From positions 1-51,437 of the IMG/VR virus record IMGVR_UViG_3300018017_000002: a DNA stretch of 51,437 nucleotides; one strand, given 5' to 3'. The stretch comes from a virus. Of the stretch, positions 7,898-15,344 are shown in pieces (the first letter of the stretch is position 1; the number at the start of each line of letters is the position of its first letter). The position numbers were made by a program, and so were the translations under genes. The notes under the pieces are model-generated. The model was not told the origin of the DNA and made no database searches. It saw nothing but the letters and a program-made list of their open reading frames with translations.

Positions 7898-8506
7898 TTA
7901 CTCAGGAGATGTGGTCTCTGTGGCGGCTTCCTTCGAGCGACGCGCTTTGCGCTCTTCAAAGTCAGCCTTCAAGCTATTCAATGTAGCAGTCATAGTGGCC
8001 ATCTTAGCCTTTGCATTGGCAATGGCAACGGCATCCCCGGATTCAAATGCCGCAATAAGAGTGACAGAAGTGAACTCCTTATACTCATTAACAGCAGCTT
8101 GATAGGCCTCATTAAGCTCAGACAGACGCATTGCAGAGGACTTGAGATTCGTCCAGAAGCCCAAGAACTTCTCCAATGAGAAGATACCATTCTTCAACCC
8201 GCCAGCCTTTTCAGACTCTTCGTCGCCAGTAGCATCCTCAACAAAATCTTGGCCATACCGACGGCCAATAGTATTGAGGGCATTTTTGACATTAGTTTTT
8301 CCCCACCATGCCAAGTCAGCCAAAAAGATTGGGTCAGCGGCAGGCAAAGAGTCAGTACCATCAGTTTCAATCTGTGCAGCTTGGTAAGGCTTATCTTTCC
8401 AAGCATCACGTTTGCCTGTACAGATGGTTAGAATCTTTTCAACGCCATTACGCACTACTTTGTGAGCAGTAGCCAGTGGATTGTGTGTATGTTGTGTTTC
8501 ACTCAT
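7898..8506 (-). CDS. hypothetical protein (202 aa)
   Basis: Track ORF with ATG start. Confidence 0.6.
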   Translation of the reverse strand: MSETQHTHNPLATAHKVVRNGVEKILTICTGKRDAWKDKPYQAAQIETDGTDSLPAADPIFLADLAWWGKTNVKNALNTIGRRYGQDFVEDATGDEESEKAGGLKNGIFSLEKFLGFWTNLKSSAMRLSELNEAYQAAVNEYKEFTSVTLIAAFESGDAVAIANAKAKMATMTATLNSLKADFEERKARRSKEAATETTSPE

Positions 8507-8586
8507 ATATGTTATGTTTGTTTTGTTTTTGTTTGTTTCTTGCTAATACTAAATGCAATCAATTGATTTGCACTTAATAAATTGTG

Positions 8587-8790
8587 TTATTCATAAGATT
8601 CTAAGAATTTTCTTTGTTGTTCAATTTCTTGTGGAGTTGAAGGTTGGTATGAACCTAAGTCAAGTGAGCCTCTAGATTTACATTGCTTACACTTTGCCTC
8701 ACAGTAAGCATCTGTTAAGTTAGAAGTATCTTTTGGTTCAGTTCCAACTTGTTCATGACCACATTCTTGACAAGTTCTTATCCAAATCAT
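8587..8790 (-). CDS. zinc-ribbon protein (67 aa; an upstream ATG at 8847 is also possible)
   Basis: CQEC...CKQC pair. The longer start at 8847 lies inside the -12 element of promoter P5, so the internal ATG at 8790 is preferred. Confidence 0.5.
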   Translation of the reverse strand: MIWIRTCQECGHEQVGTEPKDTSNLTDAYCEAKCKQCKSRGSLDLGSYQPSTPQEIEQQRKFLESYE

Positions 8791-8842
8791 ATTGGTTTGT
8801 TGTTCTATTTGTTGTTCTATTGTAATCAGGCAAGGACAGTAT

Positions 8843-8858
8843 AGCATTTATCATGCCA
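8843..8858 (-). promoter_or_regulatory. sigma54-type -24/-12 promoter P5
   Basis: Minus strand reads TGGCAT-GATAA-ATGCT followed by ATA; intergenic, pointing into 8587..8790. Confidence 0.65.
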
Positions 8859-8907
8859 CACAAAGATTAGATACTAAATGGATGTTAGAAAGTATATTAG
8901 TCAATGA

Positions 8908-9300
8908 CTAGAAAAAAATTTTCTCCAAAAGAATAACTCCAACACAAGCAACTGTTCCTTTTGGAGCTAGCATACGAATATTCTTATTACGATTGTGCCA
9001 AAAGGCTTTAATATTTTCGGCATTAATAATATTAAAGTCTTCTGCATCAGCAATGTATCTAATTCTCACAGCAGAGATAAGTTGAGCTTTCCAAACTTCA
9101 TGTAAAGCTTCAAACTGAAAAGCAAATGCATGCTCTTTTGTGGAAAAAGCCAATAGTTTAGTATTAGCTAATTTTGGTAAGGTTAATTCGTTTGGTATGT
9201 AATCAACGGTAAAAGCACGATGTTCTGGATTATCGCTAAGACCAAAATTAGCACTCCTTAGTGTGCCATTGTTATTCATTACTACTTTATATCCAATCAT
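8908..9300 (-). CDS. hypothetical protein (130 aa)
   Basis: Track ORF 8908..9402 trimmed to the ATG at 9300 (MIGYKVVMNNNG...) to remove the overlap with 9314..9523. Confidence 0.55.
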   Translation of the reverse strand: MIGYKVVMNNNGTLRSANFGLSDNPEHRAFTVDYIPNELTLPKLANTKLLAFSTKEHAFAFQFEALHEVWKAQLISAVRIRYIADAEDFNIINAENIKAFWHNRNKNIRMLAPKGTVACVGVILLEKIFF

Positions 9301-9313
9301 ATTGTTGTTCTTT

Positions 9314-9523
9314 CTAGTTATTCTTTCCACGGTGTAAATCACGTTTAGACGGAGCCTTATTACTAACAGCTTGTCCACCTTCTTGTATAACTTTGCCAAC
9401 AAGATAATAAGATGGAATGTTCCTAGTTACCTTTTCAGGTTTGGCTTTCCAAGGATGTTTGACATGGAAAGTGTGTTTAACTGTTCCTATTGCTTTTATT
9501 GCTAGTGTGTTGGGTGATGCCAT
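9314..9523 (-). CDS. hypothetical basic protein (69 aa), directly downstream of the tmRNA
   Basis: Track ORF with ATG start, Lys/His-rich. Confidence 0.45.
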   Translation of the reverse strand: MASPNTLAIKAIGTVKHTFHVKHPWKAKPEKVTRNIPSYYLVGKVIQEGGQAVSNKAPSKRDLHRGKNN

Positions 9524-9550
9524 AGTTTTATTTTGGTTAACTAGTTAAAT

Positions 9551-9844
9551 TGGTGGAGCAGACGGGAATTGAACCCGTGTCCAATAATTATTTCTCACTA
9601 ATGAATTACAAGTTTATACTAACGGGGCGACTGATTTCAGTCACCATCCACCATTGGTCAGTTAAACTGTGACCAAACCAGCATCCACATAGCCGTAATG
9701 TGCAAGCACGGCATCAGCTTGTGCAACAGACATTGCGTAGTCTTGGTTAGCATTTGTTTTGCCTAGAGAGTTTTAAGTGGCCAACTAGACATCCACTACT
9801 TGCATTAGTTTTGATTTAATTACTGTCGAAACCATTACTGCCCC
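9551..9844 (-). ncRNA. ssrA: tmRNA (transfer-messenger RNA), 294 nt
   Basis: Minus strand: 5' GGGGCAGTAATGGTTTCGACAG...3' GGACACGGGTTCAATTCCCGTCTGCTCCACCA. The 7-bp acceptor stem has G3:U70, the T-arm is ACGGG-TTCAATT-CCCGT, CCA is encoded, and there is an internal tag ORF. Confidence 0.9.
9662..9763 (-). other. tmRNA tag reading frame: (A)GKTNANQDYAMSVAQADAVLAHYGYVDAGLVTV, then TAA
   Basis: Resume codon GGC follows a CTCTAG/pseudoknot-like region. The GKTN start resembles known GKTN-type tags. 33 codons, then TAA. Confidence 0.6.
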
Positions 9845-9860
9845 GTTATTAAAATTGTTT

Positions 9861-9922
9861 CCATACTAACATACTGCCTGCACAAAGTGTTTAATCCACT
9901 TGGGGCTAGAGGGTTAGTATGG
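9861..9922 (-). other. 10-bp perfect-stem hairpin in the tmRNA leader
   Basis: CCATACTAAC (9861-9870) pairs with GTTAGTATGG (9913-9922), about 17 nt upstream of the tmRNA 5' end. Confidence 0.5.
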
Positions 9923-10055
9923 AATATGTTTTGATACAGTTACATTGTCTGCATCTTTTACAAATTAGTCCTGCCATCATATACTAGCCTTGTGCATCTT
10001 ATAGTTGCTGATACACTAAGGGCCGACGTATGATTCTACATTGACATATTCTTAT

Positions 10056-10071
10056 AGCAACTTCTATGCCA
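10056..10071 (-). promoter_or_regulatory. sigma54-type -24/-12 promoter P4 (upstream of the tmRNA)
   Basis: Minus strand reads TGGCAT-AGAAG-TTGCT followed by ATA; about 200 nt upstream of the tmRNA 5' end. Confidence 0.7.
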
Positions 10072-10143
10072 TTGTATATCATCACTAATTCAACCAAGAT
10101 TTTAGCTCTTGGATTGGCTTTGAAATTTAGGTTGGTGAGGGTT

Positions 10144-10164
10144 GGAAGCTATGCACTAGAATAA
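10144..10164 (-). terminator. hairpin after 10188..10616
   Basis: CACTAGA-ATAAGAG-TCTAGTG; no U-run follows. Confidence 0.3.
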
Positions 10165-10187
10165 GAGTCTAGTGGATAGCATGTTAG

Positions 10188-10616
10188 TTATAACTTAAAC
10201 ATGGAACGGATTAGGTCACATTGCCACTTTCTTTCAGCAGCAACAGCATCAGCAACAGCAGCAACAGCATAAGCAGCAACAGCATAAGCAGCAACATTAG
10301 CAGCATAAGCAGCAACATTAGCAGCATTAGCAACAGCATAAGCATAAGCATAAGCATAAGCAGCAGCATTAGCAGCATTTCTACTATTAAAGTTGTTAAG
10401 ATGTTTAACATGGTCAGCAAACTGTTTTGCTAAGACAGCAAAAAGCTGTTTATCACAATATTCAACATTAAGTAAAAACCATAGCATCCATGATGTGTTG
10501 TTGCATGTATTCCATGCTTTACGAAATGAACCACAAGATTTAATAAAGGCCATTGCTTCTTTGCAAGGGTTGAATGTCTTGAGTTCTTTGACAGATTGAC
10601 ATTTTATTGTTTGCAT
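10188..10616 (-). CDS. hypothetical protein with a C-terminal Ala/Tyr/Asn/Val repeat region
   Basis: The track start at 10625 is TTG; the first ATG is at 10616 (MQTIKCQ...). Repeat: ...NAANAAAYAYAYAYAVANAANVAAYAANVAAYAVAAYAVAAVADAVAAERKW... Confidence 0.55.
   Translation of the reverse strand: MQTIKCQSVKELKTFNPCKEAMAFIKSCGSFRKAWNTCNNTSWMLWFLLNVEYCDKQLFAVLAKQFADHVKHLNNFNSRNAANAAAYAYAYAYAVANAANVAAYAANVAAYAVAAYAVAAVADAVAAERKWQCDLIRSMFKL
10236..10379. repeat. imperfect tandem tri/hexanucleotide repeat (GCAGCA/ACAGCA/TAAGCA/TTAGCA)n
   Basis: Read directly; it encodes the Ala/Tyr repeats on the minus strand. Confidence 0.85.
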
Positions 10617-10952
10617 AGCTGCCAACCCACACTTATTTACAGTCCAAGAGAGTCTGAAGACTTACCTTCAGTTTGGTCTCTTGACTAGCTTTGCCAGATA
10701 CGTCTTGCGTCTCACAGGCATTGCTTTATGGCCTAACAATCTTTCGATTCTTAGTTAGGTTAGAATCATAAACATACACGGATATGTTCTAAATGGTGCA
10801 ATCTTAATGCAGTTCTTATAGGCGATACCACTGCTTTCAGCTTGTCTTTCTAGCTTTTAAGGCTAGTGCCCGAAGCTATCAGATTGCACCAGTTAAAACA
10901 CATTCTGGACATAGAATCTAAATTGACAGGATAGACATTGTGTTTGATTGGA

Positions 10953-11546
10953 TTACTTGTGACTTGCAAGTGCCGTTTGAAGCAATTCAACAGCGTGCTG
11001 TTGAGCTTTCAGTTCCTCACGACTGAATTTACCAACATTATCCAGCATGAAGTCCATTCGGGCTTGTGCAGCAGACAAGCCGAATGTATCGCACAGTTTG
11101 AACTCATTCGGTTGCGGATTATACACTGATACCATTTTGTCAGTCTTGCTACGCACTAACTTGTCACCCTTGCCAATGCGGGTCATCAAGATGCCATGGC
11201 GAGTAGTCACTTTAGCATCATTGGCGATAGCCGTGTTAGCTATGACAATAGCCTGATTCCGCCAGAATGATTCGACAGCTTCCTTGCACTTGTTGAATAT
11301 GTCATCTGGCAGTTTCGTTGGCTTGTTTTGCTCGTCAAACTTGGCAATGCCAAGTAAAGAGCGAACATCATCAATCACACACAGTAGCAGGCTAACCTTG
11401 CCTTTGGTGCTACTGAATTGTGCGCCATTGTCGGACTTGCGTTTAGCATTGACTTTTACACGTTCGACATAGTCAATGTCAGACGGTGAACTGATAGCTG
11501 CTTTGTTAGACGGTGGCTGTTGTTCCAATGTTTTCGATTCGTTCAT
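10953..11546 (-). CDS. hypothetical protein, first gene of the leftward arm
   Basis: The track start at 11561 is TTG; the first ATG is at 11546 (MNESKTLEQ...). Confidence 0.6.
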   Translation of the reverse strand: MNESKTLEQQPPSNKAAISSPSDIDYVERVKVNAKRKSDNGAQFSSTKGKVSLLLCVIDDVRSLLGIAKFDEQNKPTKLPDDIFNKCKEAVESFWRNQAIVIANTAIANDAKVTTRHGILMTRIGKGDKLVRSKTDKMVSVYNPQPNEFKLCDTFGLSAAQARMDFMLDNVGKFSREELKAQQHAVELLQTALASHK

Positions 11547-11581
11547 TGTTTGTTTGCCCAAAACTTCCTTAGTGGTTCAAT

Positions 11582-11612
11582 AGTGTTAGACTGTCAAAAG
11601 ACAGTGTTAGTC
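11582..11612. promoter_or_regulatory. operator-like repeat/palindrome with an embedded TTGACA (minus strand)
   Basis: AGTGTTAGAC and AGTGTTAGTC are direct repeats 21 bp apart. They flank the palindrome ACTGTC-AAAA-GACAGT. The minus strand reads TTGACA at 11597..11592, but the best -10 (CACTAA) is poor. Confidence 0.3.
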
Positions 11613-11704
11613 TATTTAAGTCATGGGAAATTGGCACAATGCTATCCCGTCAATTTAGACTCTATTCTCTTTTCAGGATTTATTCTGCTATTATTGTTTG
11701 CTCT

Positions 11705-11720
11705 TGGCACACACTATGCT
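11705..11720 (+). promoter_or_regulatory. sigma54-type -24/-12 promoter P1
   Basis: TGGCAC-ACACT-ATGCT in the divergent intergenic region, pointing right toward the AT-rich block. Confidence 0.65.
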
Positions 11721-12057
11721 TTTCACCCATAGACCTACGCTGTTAAATACTACACACCAGCCCGGACTTTCATGTGACTCGTTGACCGTGCTTAACCACC
11801 GCTACCAGTTACTAGTCTAAACGAGCAAGTGATAGCGTAGCAGTGTGCGTGCCAACTTTGTAAGTAGTTGATAATCAAACGTTACTTAAAACACACCTAG
11901 TAAAGTTATATCGTTACCGTGTTTCTTTTTATACACTACCACACTTAAGTCATTGTATATTAGCACTTTACAAACTGTCTATTTTTGCTCACAGCGGTCA
12001 ATTCCTGTGTCTCAAAAAAGTGTCCTGTACTTACATTAGTATCTCTTATTCTCCCCT

Positions 12058-12215
12058 GTATATTATGCCTAGTATAATGTATGGTTATATTAAATGTAAT
12101 GTATAAGATATAAATATATTATATTATATTTATATTATATTTTTTAATATACTTTCTAACATTTTAAATATTTATGTATATTAATGTTATATTATTTCAA
12201 ATAATATATCCTACC
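12058..12215. other. extremely AT-rich low-complexity block (candidate DNA-unwinding element / replication origin)
   Basis: About 160 bp of ATATTATATT-type repeats with almost no G/C, at the divergence point of the two arms. Confidence 0.4.
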
Positions 12216-12467
12216 TTTATACTCTCCAAAGTATATCGGCTAATATAGGTGCTATTCATTAGTGATGCTTATGCACTAATACGTCATAATAGCATCTAAT
12301 CATACCTATGCTAGGTTAGCTAGTCTAATGGTTCAGGATGGCTAGACGAAACCAGAAAGAGAAACACGAAACTGAACTATGACTCTCTCTTGATACGAAC
12401 ATTTTGAAATCCAGCTAAATGATACAGATAGGCTAATATGAAGGGAGAATTAGCTAGTAATATATGA

Positions 12468-12483
12468 TGGCACAGAAAATGCT
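12468..12483 (+). promoter_or_regulatory. sigma54-type -24/-12 promoter P2 (start of the rightward arm)
   Basis: TGGCAC-AGAAA-ATGCT followed by ATA. The predicted start site falls within a few nt of the ATG at 12496. Confidence 0.7.
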
Positions 12484-12495
12484 ATAGATGCATAT

Positions 12496-12699
12496 ATGAG
12501 TAGTAAAGAGTATGCTAAGTTAACTGTTCAGAGAGATACTATAAGTAGGTTACTTAAAGGGCCAACTTTGAAAATACACAGAGTTAGCCTTGAGAAACAG
12601 TTGAGCGAGATAAGAGACAGAATACGTTTAGCACATAGGGAACAATTTTATGGAATTGAAAGACAACCAACAGGTTCAACCTTCGACTATACTGAGTAA
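12496..12699 (+). CDS. hypothetical protein (67 aa)
   Basis: Track ORF with ATG start; first ORF of the rightward arm. Confidence 0.5.
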   Translation: MSSKEYAKLTVQRDTISRLLKGPTLKIHRVSLEKQLSEIRDRIRLAHREQFYGIERQPTGSTFDYTE

Positions 12700-12819
12700 A
12701 GAGTGTGGATTTGCTAGTAGTCTTAGTGGGAAACAGACTATTAAAACTATCAGCATTAGTGAATGGGAAGTCGAAAAGGCCGCCATAATTCCTGTAACTC
12801 AAACTGAACATCCATTGCC

Positions 12820-13062
12820 ATGAAAACTATACGAATGGACAATAAGTCAGAAGCAAAAGAGTATCTGACTAATCCACCAGAGAAAACTCATACTAAAGAA
12901 GAACTAGAACAACTTCATGCTTGTATTCATTATACACACATATTCAAACATGACGAATCAATGGAGAAAATGAATGAGGAAGAGATTGTTGAGAGACAAA
13001 TGCCAGGTTCTACTAGACAGCTAGATAGACTAAAGAAACTTGGTATAGGAAGATTTAAGTAG
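12820..13062 (+). CDS. hypothetical protein (80 aa)
   Basis: Track ORF with ATG start. Confidence 0.5.
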   Translation: MKTIRMDNKSEAKEYLTNPPEKTHTKEELEQLHACIHYTHIFKHDESMEKMNEEEIVERQMPGSTRQLDRLKKLGIGRFK

Positions 13063-13063
13063 T

Positions 13064-13510
13064 ATGTCAGCGGAATTAAATGCAATCAAAACTGCCTATG
13101 AGGAAGAAGGTTTAACGCCTGACTTTATAGCAGAAGATAGAGGTTTAGACTTGGCTGCTGTAAAGGCGGCCCTGATGCAGTCATCTTCTAAATACCGTAA
13201 AGATTGTGGTATAGAAGATGAGAAATCAGACTCTATTAATTTTTCTAAAGATGAACAAGAACGAGTTAAGAATGTCATACTTGACATTGCATTAGGTGCA
13301 GATGACGACCACCTAAGATTCAAAGCAGCCGCATTTATACGTGATGATGCAAAAGGCCGCCGTGATGTTGTACGAAACATGGCTGGCAACAGTTTTAATG
13401 TACTATTTCTTAACCAGCAGTTAGCTAAGGTTGGCAAGATAGCTGATGGACTTAAGCAAGCTGTTTTGGGTAATGGGCATACAGACAGAAAGGCTATTGT
13501 TGATGTCTGA
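13064..13510 (+). CDS. hypothetical protein; candidate small terminase subunit by position only
   Basis: 148 aa, immediately upstream of and overlapping the large terminase start (ATGTCTGA). Confidence 0.4.
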   Translation: MSAELNAIKTAYEEEGLTPDFIAEDRGLDLAAVKAALMQSSSKYRKDCGIEDEKSDSINFSKDEQERVKNVILDIALGADDDHLRFKAAAFIRDDAKGRRDVVRNMAGNSFNVLFLNQQLAKVGKIADGLKQAVLGNGHTDRKAIVDV

Positions 13511-15341
13511 CAACGATTTAGAAATTGAGCAATTACTGCAGAAAGTTAATTCCTCTTCCGAGGAACAGACTACTCACAGAGTTGTTCCTGATGAGAAGTT
13601 AAAGATGGAGCCTTCTACTGCCGTTCCACCTGTTCCTCTATCTAACCCTCTAGCCCCAAGTTCCGAAGTTATTCATACAATAGATACACCTGCTACTTTT
13701 GATGGCTTAGCTATAAAAGACCCTGTTGACTTGCTAGTATTGCTAGACGAGAACATACAGAATGGAACTATTAAGCTTCATCCTTGGCAAATTCAATTTA
13801 TGCTTGACTTTGCTAACCCTAATCACACTAAGGAGCAGCCTTTTCAAGCAGCAGTTCAATCATGTAATAGTTCAGGTAAAGATAAATATGTAATAGCTGC
13901 CTGTGCTGTATGGCTAGCTATGCGGTATCAAGGTGTAGAGATACCAATTACTTCATCTTCTGGTACACAACTTGACAGTCAGACTTGTGCACACATTGAC
14001 CGCCTTTGTAACCGTTCTAATGCTATTTTGGGCCCAATGTGGAAGTTAAACTACCGTTATTATGAGTTCAAGCATATTGGCAGTTTAGGAGAACCTAACC
14101 CATCCACTATTAAGTGTTTTGCAACTGATGAAGCTGGCAAAGCAGAAGGATACCATCCATCTGATGCTGGGAGAAAAATGGCAATATTTACATCAGAAAC
14201 TAAGTCTATACCAGATGATATAACTGATGCACTAGAGAGATGCACTGGATTTACTCATAGAGTGGACGCATCATCACCTGGATTAGCAGCAGGGTACTTT
14301 TATAATACTTGTTCATCTGCTATTCCAAGAGAAGAAATAGATGATATATGCTCTCTTACTTCTGTCCAGACTGTCTTGTATAAGATAACAGCTTACCAGT
14401 GCCCACACATAACTGAATCAGAAATTAATCGTATAGCTTCTAAACTTCCTGGGGGGAAGAATAATCAAGTATTTAAGTCATCAGTCGAAGCCGAATTTGG
14501 TTCTACATCTGAAATGGTAGTTATACCATCCAACTTTGTATGGGGAGCAGTGTCAGACTTACCTAAAAGGAAAGTGCCATTTAATATAACTTGGATTCAA
14601 GAGCCGCATAACACAGCAGGGTTAGACTTATCTGATGGCGGCGCTGAGACTGTATTAGCTATTAGGAATGGTAATAAGCTACTCGGTATTGAGGCATTTA
14701 GACTGGAAGATACCGAAGATACGCTAGACTATCTTACTGAAACTTTATTTCCAAAATGGAATCTCAAGCACAAAGATGCGTTGATATTTGGTGACTATTG
14801 TGGTATGGGTGGCCCAATGCTTAGGGCACTAAAGAGACGTAAATGGTCTAATGTAAGGTTTGTGGATAGCCGTAACAAGGCTTCTGAGCCTAAGACGTAC
14901 GCCAATAGAGGTACAGAATTATTCTTCAATGTAAGACATTTGTTAGCTGGAAAAGAACTTATACTATACTATGATAAGTTGCTTATCGACCAGTTATGCA
15001 CTAGATACTATAAATTGAGAGATGGCGTGATACATCAATTGCTTTCTAAAGTAGAACAGAAGGCTAAGGGATTTCCTTCACCTGACCGTGCTGATGGTGT
15101 TAACCTCTGTTTCTGGAATTATAAATCTACTAGAGTATCAGAAGAAGATGAAGAACCATTTGAGAAAGAGAAAGAAGATGATAAAGATAGGCAAGTAGTA
15201 GTTAATGATTTTGACCAGAAAGTATGGGCAGAAACAGGATGTAAGAAATACAATCCTGAACATGTGGAGGCAGACAAGTCTGATTTACAGGAAGAAATAG
15301 AACAATACAACAAACAAAGAACACAACTAATTGGAGTATAA
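13503..15341 (+). CDS. terminase large subunit (alternative upstream ATG at 13446)
   Basis: 612 aa from the ATG at 13503; P-loop-like ...SCNSSGKDKYVIAA...; acidic nuclease-type segment ...AGLDLSDGGAETVLAI...; lies upstream of the portal-sized gene. Confidence 0.7.
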   Translation: MSDNDLEIEQLLQKVNSSSEEQTTHRVVPDEKLKMEPSTAVPPVPLSNPLAPSSEVIHTIDTPATFDGLAIKDPVDLLVLLDENIQNGTIKLHPWQIQFMLDFANPNHTKEQPFQAAVQSCNSSGKDKYVIAACAVWLAMRYQGVEIPITSSSGTQLDSQTCAHIDRLCNRSNAILGPMWKLNYRYYEFKHIGSLGEPNPSTIKCFATDEAGKAEGYHPSDAGRKMAIFTSETKSIPDDITDALERCTGFTHRVDASSPGLAAGYFYNTCSSAIPREEIDDICSLTSVQTVLYKITAYQCPHITESEINRIASKLPGGKNNQVFKSSVEAEFGSTSEMVVIPSNFVWGAVSDLPKRKVPFNITWIQEPHNTAGLDLSDGGAETVLAIRNGNKLLGIEAFRLEDTEDTLDYLTETLFPKWNLKHKDALIFGDYCGMGGPMLRALKRRKWSNVRFVDSRNKASEPKTYANRGTELFFNVRHLLAGKELILYYDKLLIDQLCTRYYKLRDGVIHQLLSKVEQKAKGFPSPDRADGVNLCFWNYKSTRVSEEDEEPFEKEKEDDKDRQVVVNDFDQKVWAETGCKKYNPEHVEADKSDLQEEIEQYNKQRTQLIGV

Positions 15342-15344
15342 CTT

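Noticed and set aside
11631-11646. TTGGCACAATGCTATCC near P1
   Set aside because: It contains TGGCAC and TGC, but they are only 7 nt apart, far from the required spacing.
12290-12370. Possible tRNA suggested by TAGTCTAATGGTTCAGGATGGCTAGAC
   Set aside because: It resembles a D-arm, but no acceptor stem, anticodon arm or T-arm could be built around it.
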